Source: Tubiluchus corallicola
Lineage: Eukaryota > Animalia > Priapulida
Direction of reading: 5' to 3'
Length of the DNA stretch: 64,000 nucleotides
Assembly: GCA_030141605.1 (NCBI GenBank)
Contig: JAQGDQ010000368.1
Span: forward strand, 167,517 to 231,516
Position 1 is the first letter of the stretch; each line of letters begins with the position of its first letter. Position numbers and translations under genes: made by a program. The notes below the pieces were generated by a model. It was not told the origin of the DNA and did not search any database. It worked only from the letters and a program-made list of their open reading frames with translations. Shown piece after piece: positions 29,941 to 41,633 of this stretch.

Positions 29941-30362
29941 CTGAAAAACAATAATTGTTAAGCTTATTCCCGAATTATTTTTGTTAATCTGGTGGTTTGT
30001 GTACTACTGGTTCTTTGCATACCTTTCACATTAACAGAAACTGGAACAAATTCTTAGCATAGAATTAAATTAAAGTTACCAACAGGAGTTTTTTAGGCTT
30101 TTTTCAAAATTTAGACCTACGGTTATTTTTTCCGTCTTTCATTTTAACTAAAGTAAACAGCGAGTAAACATCGTAATTTTATAGACTCTGTGACCATTAA
30201 TTTCAGCTTGATAAAAACGTAAACATTTAGTAAACAAACCACTGCATGTGTTATTCTATAGGTTTAGACCGAACCTAATCATGTTTCCAATTGCGCGAGA
30301 TGAATAATTTCCGTCCATTAAGGTTGTAAATCTTAATGATTTGATGCTGTTGTGAATTATAC

Positions 30363-30517
30363 CTACTTGCTATGATCAGAGCTGAGCGATCAGTTTTCAC
30401 AAAATTTTCCAGTTTTGCAATATTAAATAGAGCTGGCAATATCATCAATCCACACAGAGTAACAGCTAAACAGACTGTCCATACGCTAGGACGTGACAGA
30501 GCACAGTGTAACATCAT
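30363..30517 (-). CDS. Sulfotransferase exon 1 (type II membrane anchor)
   Basis: MMLHCALSRPSVWTVCLAVTLCGLMILPALF hydrophobic anchor; donor AG|GTATAA at 30362; 1 kb upstream of the catalytic exon on the same strand. Confidence 0.65.
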
Positions 30518-30888
30518 CTTTTTTACAGAGATACAGTAGGAGAAACTCTGCCCTATCTGAAATACACTGATAACTGACCTGACTCAGTAGGCCATTCTAC
30601 CCTTATATGGGGTCGATGTCTTCAAATTCAGCAGCGCGTAAAAATATGCAGGGAACAAAAAAAATACACAAGAAACACGCCTGTCTACTTCAATGCCCAC
30701 AACTTCGTACTATTTAAGGCCTTTAAATATGGCAGTTCAAGTATTCTCTAAAGGTACCACGTTAGGGTGTTGCCATTGTGGGTGTCTTTGCTGCCACAGG
30801 AGAACTTGTCAGTAATTCTACTTTGTTTCAATAAAAATATAATTTTGTTTCAATTTTTTCTGCAGTACAATAGGTAGTACCTCATTTA

Positions 30889-31000
30889 TAATATGTAAAT
30901 TGTTGCTGATATCATGCTAATTATTTTCTTATTTTGTGCTAAAATTTTATTTTTGTATAATCATGTTCTGTACTGGATGTGAAAGTAAATTGCAAACATG
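30889..31000 (+). repeat. ~110-bp AT-rich direct repeat (partner ~31507-31625)
   Basis: TAATATGTAAATTGTTnCTGATAT...AATTTTATTTTTGT..ATGTTCTGTACTG..TGGATGT shared. Confidence 0.65.
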
Positions 31001-31104
31001 TTGACGTTTTTGCCTGTGTCAAAACCTGTGGTAAGATTCTGCTTCTGTGACAGGAGATGCTTTATGTGAGAGCTTTCGTTTTAATATGTTTTTCAAAACA
31101 GTTA

Positions 31105-31176
31105 TTATCACGTATGCAAGTACTATCGTTATAATGTATGCAAGTACTATCGTTATCATGTATGCAAGTACTATCG
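31105..31176. repeat. Minisatellite, 3 x 24 bp (TTATCATGTATGCAAGTACTATCG)
   Basis: Directly visible. Confidence 0.92.
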
Positions 31177-31956
31177 TGCTTGACTTAAAAACAGTGAATT
31201 CAGAGCTTCCCTCTTTTTCACCAGTGGTCCGCATTACTGAAGGCTGTGAAGGGCATAATACTGCTTCCACCGAATTTGCCATGTTTGAGAACTTAGAAAA
31301 AATTTCATTTTAGTAAAATAGAAAGTGAAATTTTTGGTGACCATACACTAATTATTAACTAAGTCTTGTTTTTCTCTTCTTTGTAAGCAAGCACTCAACG
31401 TGGTCATACAGGTAATTTCTTCACAAGTTATTAGCTAGTTTCAAAGTGACATTTAAAATGTAAAACGTAAAGTTTTAATTTTTTAACAGGTCACCAATCT
31501 AAGTACTAATATGTAAATTGTTACTGATATAGTATTAATTGTTTTGTTACTTTGTGTTATAATTTTATTTTTGTGTATGTTCTGTACTGCTAATTGTATT
31601 GGATGTAAAAAATAAATCACAAATTTCAAATTGCTGAACAGTATTTGTTGTAGCCAATAATTAATTATCACTAAAGAATAGTGTTTTGCTAAACAGTAAT
31701 ATTTTTCTGAAAATAGTTTCTCTTCCTGTATTTTCGGTCTGTATACACAAATTAATCAATGACATTGTTGTTAAATATTAAATGTAATAGTAGGTCCTTT
31801 GCGCAACGGCTTTACAGCATACAAAACCAAATTATGTAAATTCCGGTTATTTTTGTGATGTCTGTTATTTGTTTGTTTTAAATTTGGGAAAATCATGTAC
31901 ACTGTAATGCATTCCAAAATGTGTCCGCGCGCTGAATAAAGATATGTCATAATCAC

Positions 31957-32105
31957 TGGGACATGGTAGTCTAGTGGTCATCACGCTTGCCTTGTCTCTG
32001 GTTCAAATCCAGGCTGTATCAAAACTTTCGCGTTTTCTTTTTTTCAGCAAGTTTGGTTTCAACAATCGAAAATTCGCAAACTTAGAAATTAAGATTGTGA
32101 ATAAT
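31957..32105 (+). mobile_element. tRNA-like headed repeat, related to the 25307-25566 units
   Basis: A-box-like TAGTCTAGTGG, B-box GGTTCAAATCC, followed by TTTTC..CAAGTTTGGTTT..AAATTAAGATT as at 25465-25600. Confidence 0.55.
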
Positions 32106-32533
32106 TAGCATAAATCTTTAGTTTATTGGGATTATCTGCTATAACGTAAGACTCTTATAAGACTAATTATTGTACTATTGAGTCACATATTAACTCAGCT
32201 AGAAATGTCTACAAAACACATAAATCACGTATCCTGTTGCTCAGTATACATAGACCTATAAAACTTGAAAAAACGTCACCAGTCAGCTTTATTGTCATTT
32301 GAGCAGCCATTTTGCCGGTTATTTTACCAGTTCGAGTTATTTCGTTAACTCACTTAGTGATGCAGTCATCCACCTTGTCAGCTCATGATATGTTTACATG
32401 ATTTCTCTAAAAAATTGATCTCACTTTAGTTATTTACCTTGTCAGTTCAAGAGATGTTTACATAATTTTTTACAAATATTTTAGGTCAAAATGTACACGA
32501 ATCTTTAGATTTCCTGTTTTGTTCTGTTCATAG

Positions 32534-32714
32534 GTCGACGGAAATTCATACAATAAAAGTTGTTCACATAGCAACAGCTATCTGTGGTGAAGATCCTATA
32601 GTTAAGGTGAACGCATTGACTATGATAAAATCAGTTCTTACATTCACTACAGCCCCTGTACATGTATATGTGTTTGTTGATAGACCAATTTCCAGCAATT
32701 CGGTTTACGAGCAG
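32534..32714 (+). CDS. GXYLT-like GT8, exon 2
   Basis: TAG|...|GTACGG; VHIATAICGEDPIVKVNALTMIKSVLTFTTAPVHVYVF resembles GXYLT HLAVVACG..TMLKSA..PLQFHIF. Confidence 0.88.
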
Positions 32715-33447
32715 GTACGGGTAATTCGTTATTTTTGATTAACAGCATAGCCTTGCATTTTAAGTAAAATTCTAACGCATAGACATTTTTGTTAATTCTT
32801 ATCACTTTAGGGTTCTACTCAAATTTTATCTTAAAAATCGGGTTTTAAATAGCAGTAATATGGTTTCATCTCGATTAACTAATGTAGATATTCGATATTA
32901 CTCATTCTACTTCCAACACTGGAACTTATTACTAACCACGTGACTTATTGTTTAAACTAACATGTGCTCTTTTGTACGCCTTTTATCTCTTGTATTTAGT
33001 TTTTTATTCTTCATCTATTGTTTGTTGTAAACAGTACTGATTTACTGATAACATTTACTGATTTAAATCTTAACTAAACAAGGTAAAATAAATTCCCGAG
33101 CTTCGGATTGGATCTTAGAAAAAAATCTGTTATACGTTATCTTCTTGATTCCGTAAATCCGTGATTCTTTCACTCACCCTATCCCTCGGACTTTGTAAGA
33201 CAGAATGTCCTTGATCCAAAACAAAGAAGTGTAACAATTCTTCGATAACTAGTTAATTAATTAGAGCTGTTTAATCAATTTATTCTTTAAATTAACTAAA
33301 TGAAAGAGCATGAAGAGTAGAAGTTGATCGTGGACGCAATTTTAGAAAATTTTCTTTTTAGTCTTAAAGTTTTTGTAAGCTTTAAGTTTACTTGTAGTAG
33401 GCCTAAATACGTTTGTTTCATGAACCTTGTGTTTGAAATAAAAACTT

Positions 33448-33585
33448 ACTTATCTATTTGCTTAGTTACGTACTTACTTACTTGGCTGCTTGCTTGCTTG
33501 CCTGCCTGCCTGCCTGCCTACCTATCTACCTACCTACCTACCTACCTACCTACCTACCTACCTACTTACTTACCTACTTACTTTC
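33448..33585. repeat. (CTTA/CTTG/CCTG/CCTA)n compound tetramer repeat
   Basis: Directly visible. Confidence 0.9.
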
Positions 33586-34476
33586 TTATATTCTGATAAG
33601 CCCAGTGACTGATATTTCTGCGCAAGAATACGTGCATCTACATCAATGACGATATTGTCGAAAAGGAAAACAAAAAACCCACCAGGCGGATACACGCAGT
33701 ACTACAGTGAAAGACTGCTACTTCATTATGCCCAAAGTCAAAGGATTCATGTATAAGTAGCTTTATTACGTTTTATCTGTAAGAAAAATCATAACAAGAT
33801 ATAGCAAACTAATTTGAGTTAAAAAAAGAAACAAAGCAATTAATAATAAAGTGAAACCGAGTAATAAGAAATGAACTTACATCATGGCTCTGCTACTTTT
33901 GATCAATAAATGGTTTAACTGAGTAAACAACAACGACTTTGTTAGCCAAGAACAGACTGCCACAGACACAGTAAACTTGCCCTGTCAGTAGAGCATGCCA
34001 TAAAGAAGCCAAGTCAAGACCTACATGAATATAGCTTAAAAAGAGGTAGTGTAAAGGATGTGTTTAAAGAACATAAAACCAAACACGTATAATCTTTCAC
34101 AACTACAATGCGGAACAAAATTCTATTTGTGTTTTGTTTACTATTTTTCTGCAGATTTGTGAAAAATCACTGCTGGCGTAACAGTTTATTTAAATAATAA
34201 AATGTCAGTCGTAAATGTGCATTTGTTACTCTTTCGCAACTGCACAACTGAACACACGTTGCAGGCACTGCTTTAATGATAAAAAGTATTACTGTACCTC
34301 TGTGTTTATTGATTAACGATTATTAATTATTATGACAGAACAAATTGTAACCGACAGGTCATAAATCACTTGCAAATTAAAGCACGAAAAATTAATATTA
34401 ACAGGCCTGTTCATCCAAATTTGTTGTTATATTCATGTTTTATTTCACAATATGATTTAAGATCTGTCGGTTACAG

Positions 34477-34605
34477 CTAGAAAGGTGGAGAAAAATAAGA
34501 ACATCTTTCACGTTCGATATACGAAGGGCTTCCTTACCTGTTTCTCATGCTGAAGAGTGGAGGCTGATGTACAAAAGATGTTCGACTCTTCGACTGTTTT
34601 TACCA
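34477..34605 (+). CDS. GXYLT-like GT8, exon 3
   Basis: CAG|...|GTACGT, phase 0-0; LERW...AEEWRLMYKRCSTLRLFLP resembles GXYLT AAEWKKLFKPCASQRLFLP. Confidence 0.92.
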
Positions 34606-35124
34606 GTACGTATGTTCCTATGATTTAATATTGTTAAAATTCGGCATAGAAATGATGCGTTTTGTAAATGTGTCAAACGTGTTTTTTCTTGTTAATGGTT
34701 TTTGCACTCATTTTTGATTTCACTTGTCAAGACTGTGCGACTAAAATTGAATGCAGACAGGTCCGATATCGAATTATGTTTTCATTTTCATAGTAAAATG
34801 TCGTTTTCACTTGACAACCTAGAAGATTCTCGATGAGGCCTTTCTGCACTAACTTACCCTGTGTGAGCCATTCTGTTCCTACATTGGTCTGTAAAAATGA
34901 TAGTGAAATTTTGAGACTACTTTATAAAATTGTGTGTGAAATCCTAACAACATTTCACTATCATGAATTCGGTTGTTTTTTGCAGATCTCATTCTTTAAA
35001 GCCTGCCTTTTGATTATCAAACAATTTTTGTAATGGTCAGCAATCACGCGTGCTTTAAAACCATTTTCTTAGGCCTAATTTCACAAAAATAACTCATTTT
35101 ATGCTTTGTGCCTTATTTAATATT

Positions 35125-35540
35125 GTGGATCTTATCTTGTTTTATTTTGCCTTACGTTAACTTACTTTACTTTACCTTATCTTGCCTTACCTTACCTTAC
35201 TCTACCTTAATTAATTTTGTGGATCTTGTCTTGTCTTGCTTTGCTTTACCTTAACTTACTTTACCTTACCTTACCTTATCTTACGTTACCTTACCTTACT
35301 CTACCTTAATTAATTTTGTGGATCTTGTCTTGTCTTGCTTTGCTTTATCTTACCTTATTTTACCCTACTTCACCTTACTTTTCCCTACCTTAGCTTACCT
35401 TTCCTTTCCTTAACGTACTTCACCTTAACTTACCTTACCTTAACTTAACTTGCCTTGCCTTGCCTTACCTTGCCTTATCTTACCTTACCTTACCTTACCT
35501 TGTCTTACCTTACCTTACCTTGCCTTACCTTACCTTACAT
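35125..35540. repeat. (CCTTA)n-type pentamer array with ~100-bp internal duplication
   Basis: Directly visible in GT8 intron 3. Confidence 0.9.
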
Positions 35541-35632
35541 TGGCTATAATAAATGGTAATGGATTAGGGAAATAATATTTCTTTGTTCAAAGGGTTTATG
35601 AATAGGTTTTGCAATAGAATTTTAAATTTTAG

Positions 35633-35819
35633 GCTTTGTTAAATGAAGTAGACTCGTGCTTGTACTTGGACGCGGATGTTTTAGTATTAACAAAGGTTGA
35701 TGAACTGTGGGAATATCTATACAAAATGAACACCTCTCAGGTAGCAGCTTTTGTTATGGACAGGGAACCAAGGGGATGGGTGTCGAAGAACGCAGTCCAT
35801 CCCGTCTATGAAGAAATTG
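35633..35819 (+). CDS. GXYLT-like GT8, exon 4 (DxD motif)
   Basis: TAG|...|GTAATA; LLNEVDSCLYLDADVL..VDELW..MNTSQVAA..GW..HP. Confidence 0.93.
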
Positions 35820-35894
35820 GTAATAAATCGTTACGCCATCTTCGACTCGGTTACGTATGTCTAGTAGAAATTTTAAAAAAGTTGAATTAATTGA

Positions 35895-35942
35895 ATTGTT
35901 GGTGTTGTTGCTGCTGCTGTTGTTTTTGTTGTTGCTGTTGTT

Positions 35943-35974
<32 letters not shown>

Positions 35975-35975
35975 C
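35895..35975. repeat. (GTT/GCT)n microsatellite
   Basis: Directly visible, intronic; explains poly-C/poly-L pseudo-ORFs. Confidence 0.92.
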
Positions 35976-36117
35976 ATTGCCGCATTGTCAGAGTTGTGGT
36001 CGCGGTTGTCGTTGTATTCTTCATCAATCATCATTGTTGTTATTTAGTTGATGTTGATATGACATTGCCGTTGTAGTGATGGCGTTGGCTTTGATGTTAT
36101 TGTTGTTTTTGCTGTAG

Positions 36118-36267
36118 GAGTGAACGCTTGTGTAATGCTTATGAATTTGACACGATTTCGTCAATTAAGCTGGGTGAATAGGATCACTGAAATATACGCC
36201 ATGTACAAATCAACGTTGACCAAGGCTGACCAATGCATTCTAAATATTTATTTTGCTTCAAATACAG
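36118..36267 (+). CDS. GXYLT-like GT8, exon 5
   Basis: TAG|...|GTTTGT, phase 1-1; GVNACVMLMNLTRFR...ADQCILNIYF corresponds to GT8 NSGVMLMN and DQDLLN motifs. Confidence 0.93.
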
Positions 36268-36944
36268 GTTTGTCATGAAATACTAACTACGCTTTATTAT
36301 ATAAATCGTTTAATTCTTTTTAACAAGAACAATATGCGTTTCATTAACAACTCACTGTATAATAAATTTTATTGAATTTTTTTACAAAAGTCTAACGCTT
36401 CTACCGCACAGTAGTCAGTAACGTTAGGAAGTGTGTCAAGAATGATTTCAAATTTGGAAAGAAACAAAAACATTATGATAAAACTATGAGTACGAAAACT
36501 ATAACCATAGAGAAAAAACAAAAGTTGCAAACTACTATTAAAGATCAATTAAAGAACGAAAATGTTTAGACATCAAAACGTTCTGTCGAGCAAAATCTTG
36601 ATTTTGGTTTAAAGGCAAGTTAGAATTTTTTACAATTAAGGTCAATTCAACTATGTGCCTTTTAGTGATGTTTCTATCTGGATATAAAATTTTTGTTCAA
36701 AATCAAAACTGTGTTTGATTTTTCTAATAAAATTTTATTAAAATTTACTACATAGTGGGTTGTTTAAGAAACATTTTATTTTGTTCGATTATTTATAGTG
36801 TCATGTATCTTGTTCATTGCAGAAATCAAAGAGCTGCAGGTTTTAATAATTAAGTGAAGTATTATAGAAACGGGAAATTACAATTTTGCTGTTAATTACT
36901 GCTGCGTAATTTGTTGAAATATCAAATAATAAATATTGTTTTAG

Positions 36945-37120
36945 AAAAGGTTCTTCTGCTTCCCTGCGACTGGAATTTTTCAATACACCACTGCCATCCT
37001 TTTGCAAAATGCGAGTCAGCAAGAGAACATGGAGTGTCTCTCTTGCATGGGTTTCAGAATCACTTCACTATGCCAGAAAACCGTTCAGCTTTCAAAAGTT
37101 TATTCAACGTATTTTTACAG
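36945..37120 (+). CDS. GXYLT-like GT8, exon 6
   Basis: TAG|...CAG|GTATGA; LPCDWNF..HC....C..A...GVSLLHG...AFKSLF resembles GXYLT PCQWNY..HC..C..A..G..ILHG..AF. Confidence 0.92.
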
Positions 37121-37429
37121 GTATGAAACTAAGAACTTTTATTTATTCATATTAAGAATTTTGAATAACAAGTTAGGTAACTAAGACTGATAATAACAAA
37201 ATATTGAAATTCTTTATTGCTATAAAATTTATACATCTTTGAACAAATTTGCATCGCAGGTGGGCATCTCGCGAGTAAAATAACGATTTTATTAAATTAA
37301 TTTCACGAGAATTATTTCACTGCTCATAATAGTTCGTAGTAAGCTCGTTGGGTTACCAGCAATAATTTACTGTCATAATAGCAACATTCGATTGAAACAT
37401 TTACATTATCGAATCTAGTATCTTTCTAG

Positions 37430-37576
37430 CATCGTTTGGGTGAAGACAGCAACAAGAACTTACTGAAGCGCCTGCAAAGGAATTTTCAGCGTTACAACAA
37501 CACCTGGTCACGGAGATATTGCTCGCAAGAAACCGAGGCATTGATGAAAAAAATAAAAAATAATGTAACGTTATAG
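37430..37576 (+). CDS. GXYLT-like GT8, terminal exon 7
   Basis: CTAG| phase 0; HRLGEDSNKNLLKRLQ...RYCSQ...VTL-stop with the conserved C-terminal YC. Confidence 0.82.
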   Translation, partial: HRLGEDSNKNLLKRLQRNFQRYNNTWSRRYCSQETEALMKKIKNNVTL

Positions 37577-38636
37577 TTGATTTAAACTAAATATCAGTCG
37601 TTGTTTAAAAAACACGTCTTTTGTGTTCTTAATGATTTAACCGGCCAATTTCAATTGTGCGTGTATTTTTAAAAAAATTTAAAATTGCAATGTACAAACA
37701 AACTTACACGTACCTACATGACAATAGCATAAAAGAGAGTTTCGACGGAGAAAAAATAGCACAACAAACGCACAACAATTTGGACTTATTTTCGTTACAG
37801 AAAACTGGAAGTATTTCGGCACTTTGAATGCAAAACGAACTTGTTGCTGCAGGATTTCTAGATACGTATAAGTAAAGCTTCCGACATACAGCTTGTCATG
37901 TATCACCTTATGTAAAATAAACTAAGATTTCAAAAGGACTTGATAATCTCAATTATCTGAAACAAGACTACCTACCAAATCGAAAAAATGAGTTAAGTTA
38001 AATAACCACAATATAATATATTCAGAATGCATGAGGAAAAGTCTCAAGGCACTATCCTTGGCCCTTTGTTATATTCTATTATAATTACAGCATATACCCT
38101 CTATTATATACGCCATCGATTTCCCAAAGGCGCTGCAAAAATATACAAGAAATAAAATACACATTTCATTTACAAATCAAACCTGAATTTACCTTTCAAG
38201 TATTTTGCAACAGTTTTTGACGAAAACATATCAAAATTTTAATAATGTAATTAAACAACAAACTTAGTTTGGAAGATCACTTTAAACATATTCTTCGCAA
38301 AATTAACCAAAGAATATCATTCTACATGCAAATAAAGGATAGGTTAGCACAGATACTAAACTACATATATTTAAAATACCGATAAAGGCTCAATTAACAT
38401 ACGGCTGCCACCTGCTTACAAATATTCCTAAACCCTCATTGACAGATTAGATGAAATATAAAATGCATTAAACTAAAAAATATAAATATCTTACATAACA
38501 TTCGGTCACTGTAAAGAGAGAAAAATGAAAAATACATGCTGTACTCGAATCAAAATTTTTTTATTATACCATATTTTTACGGTATATAGATGTATATAAA
38601 CAGTTTAAATTTTGTCTTTAAAATGTGGTTTATTAA

Positions 38637-38972
38637 TAGGGGTGAGCATCGAACAGTAAAAAACTCGAATACGATTCGAACCTAAAATTATAAATTCGAA
38701 TAATTCACCATTTCAGCCACATGGCTTTCAGCTCAATTTAGCTGCAGTTTCTGTGCAAAATTTTTAACAAACTAATAGTGGTTTTACTCCAGAACAAAAC
38801 CAAAATAGTATGCACGATCTTTGTAACACCACTTTTTACTAGTGGTTCGAAAACGTGTTCGAAAATTTGTCAAACTCAATTAGAATTCGAAATACTGTGG
38901 TTTGGTTCGATTCGAATTTGAAAGTCATAAATTCGATTCGAATTCGCTTTCGGTAGAGAATGCTCACCCCTA
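38637..38972. mobile_element. Non-autonomous hAT-type MITE
   Basis: Perfect 13-bp TIR TAGGGGTGAGCAT/ATGCTCACCCCTA, perfect 8-bp TSD TTTATTAA on both sides, many subterminal TTCGA(A) motifs. Confidence 0.93.
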
Positions 38973-39983
38973 TTTATTAAGTGTATTCGATTAACACCCA
39001 AATAAAAGAATCTACAATCTAAGTCTACAAATCAAACAATACATCATAAAACTCATATAGGCACAATTCTGTAAACAAAACAGCAATTAATTCATGGAAT
39101 TCAGTCTCACTAGTAAAAACAAAAATCAATTCATTTTCATTAAATTAAGAAATTCATTTTAAAAACATTTAAAAAAAATAAAAATAGATGCTAATTCGCA
39201 AAATACCCGCGTATAAAAATAAAAATGTATATTTAATCCGTTGCCAATTTGGAAAATACAACAAACGCGTGAAATACAATTACGTTTGCTCTAATTAATT
39301 CTGTAAAAAATATTCAGTACTATAACTGCCAAGAGTGGCATGTGTCAGTGTAAATGTGTAGGCCTAAAAATGGTTTTTAGAGTTTATATTTTTTAGGTTT
39401 TTACGCTTTAATTTTTTGTTTTTTTTTGTTTAATTTTTTGTTTAATTTTTAAATTAGAAATTTAGAATTATAACGTTGTTGCCAGTCTGCCATTAATTGG
39501 TTATACACTGAATTTTTTATAGTATAGTAATTTAATGATTTTTGACCAATAGAGCCGATCAAACATCAAACATCCATACAAGAAATTTTTCATACAAATG
39601 AGAACAAACTTAGTTACAGCACATTGAATAGTGACATCATGAGATTGCATCATACAAGTTAGTTTGTCATCAATGTTTAAAAAGTAGTATAAAAAATAAA
39701 ATTCTGGAATAGAACGTGTGATTGTATTTACAAGGAAGTTGCAGGCAGTGTGTTATGTTTAGAGCAAAATAGAATAAAATGGCATTCGTCACCGACTTCG
39801 TTACACTTGGCACATAGACGCTCATATTCTTTTTATGTATGATTTTTAACTTATTATTCTGCATTGGTATATAAATTCTGCAATAACTGTATTTAAGTAA
39901 CAATTTGTTAAACATGATGTAGCATACAAAACTACATAATAATAGGTTTTTTACTATTATTCAGCTCTGAGGTTTAAATTTGG

Positions 39984-40454
39984 TTAAATGACAACGTCTT
40001 CTTTGTCTTTTCTCTTCTTTTTTTGATATTGTTCTTCCCAGCCCTTCCAAAACGAATAATTAGTAAAGGTGGTATTGTGACAAGGTTCTTCACAATTGGT
40101 ATTTCCTAAAGAGCAACTTTTAGGAAAGTGTTTTACTCCTTGATAATCCAACTTCGGTGATTTGCTCACTAGATTCCACAGTTCCATGTTTGCTTGTTCA
40201 AAAGTGTGGTGGACAACCACAACGTCATGACACATATCAGGCCCATGAAATTTAAAATGGTCGTACCAACTCATTAAGATTCTCGCGTTGTCATCAATAA
40301 TCGTTAAATTTGCCGTGCCATTAAGCCAAAATGCTGCCGAGCTGTACGCAATAATACAAACTTCGGCAATGCTATGGTTCTGTCCAGGTAAATGTGTTGT
40401 AGAGGCGCAAGCAGTTATCAACGTGACTAAGATACTAGAAGCCAGTATTGACAC
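39984..40454 (-). CDS. GT31 (B3GALT-like) gene, terminal coding region; 5' boundary uncertain
   Basis: AAFWLNGTANLTIIDDNARI...CHDVVVVHH fits the GT31 C-terminal pattern (W-L..D.R..C....H); same strand and downstream of the DDD exon; splice phase not resolved. Confidence 0.6.
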   Translation of the reverse strand: MSILASSILVTLITACASTTHLPGQNHSIAEVCIIAYSSAAFWLNGTANLTIIDDNARILMSWYDHFKFHGPDMCHDVVVVHHTFEQANMELWNLVSKSPKLDYQGVKHFPKSCSLGNTNCEEPCHNTTFTNYSFWKGWEEQYQKKKRKDKEDVVI

Positions 40455-40684
40455 CGTGAGGCAATAATGTTGTGATCTTTGCCTGAATCTGATATAGAAG
40501 GTACTATTTTTGTGTTTTCTTTACAGTTTTCTTTACACGAGAACCTCTTCCTAAGTCATTTCTACTTACATTCTGACAAGTTAAATTTCACTCTTGTGAA
40601 GGTGTGATGACATAATTTATTTTATGTCTTGGTTAGTACAGACATAATTTGTACTAATTGTTTGTTCTGGCGTTATTTATAGTA

Positions 40685-40730
40685 TTGAAAATGACAGTTA
40701 CGGTCGAAACGACCGCCTGCCCTAATAAAC
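40685..40730 (+). mobile_element. Penelope-like terminal motif with degenerate hammerhead core
   Basis: TGAAAAT-GAC-AGTTAC-GGTC-GAAAC followed by AATAAA. Confidence 0.4.
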
Positions 40731-40996
40731 AACATAACACGTAACAAATGAACCTATATATAACATTAGGAGGCCAAGCTTGGTTGCTTATATTGTGCAC
40801 AAGTTCACTTGTTGCAGTTGCGACAATTTACATACTGGGTACAAATCGAGGTGGCTGCATTTTTAGGACATTGAAACAAACCCAAAAGCTATTCCTCTGT
40901 ACACTGAACACAAGAAATTAATAAGCCAGGTATTCTTTACTGTAGTTATTTATAGTAAAGACCACAATAGGCACAGACTAGCTTTATGATTCTTAC

Positions 40997-41633
40997 CATC
41001 GCAGGCTCGGTATGTCCACAACAGCTTGTCATTAGTCAAGAAGACAAGATCGGCTTTTACTCTGGGAACACACAGAAATGTGTCATCGTCGATTCTCAGG
41101 AAATACTGAAATTCAAATCTTTGCCAAGCCCAATGCATCATCCAAGCTAGCCGCCTACCAAAGTTGAATCCACCGGGTGTCTCAGCTAACACAGTGTCAT
41201 TGTGTAACATGGCTTCAGTAATCAAAGGATTAAGCAATTCATCACTTAATCGGCGTCCGAACTGATCCTGTCCGTCAGTAAAGAACACGCAGATGACATC
41301 GTCAAAACTGTGACACCATTTCATCCACGTCAACCGGATTGCATCCCGTCGCTCCCTGCGAATAGGTGCACTTACGATGCCAACAAACAATAGTATTTCT
41401 TTCCTGTGTTTTTCTATAATATGGTATTCGGGGAAATTACTAGCTTTCAGTGCCATGATCCCTTTTTTAACAGTTGGCGTGCGTTTGTGATATGAACTCG
41501 CAAAATTGTAAATAAAGAGACAAGTACCGAAAATTAATATCAAACGTAGAAAAGTCCAGTTACGCAGGCGGGTAGCTTGCAATAGCTTGAATCGTTCCCA
41601 ATTTTTCTTATTTAGTTGAATAACGTTGAACAT
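40997..41633 (-). CDS. GT31 beta-1,3-galactosyltransferase-like protein, exon 1
   Basis: Type II anchor FLRLILIFGTCLFIYNF; motif I LLFVGIVSAP...RRDAIRLTW; FFTD; EA..HND; FQYFLRIDDDTFL (DxD); donor G|GTAAGA at 40996. Confidence 0.9.

Noticed and set aside
31105-31176. 24-bp repeats as a CRISPR array
   Set aside because: Units abut with no spacers; eukaryotic context; no cas genes
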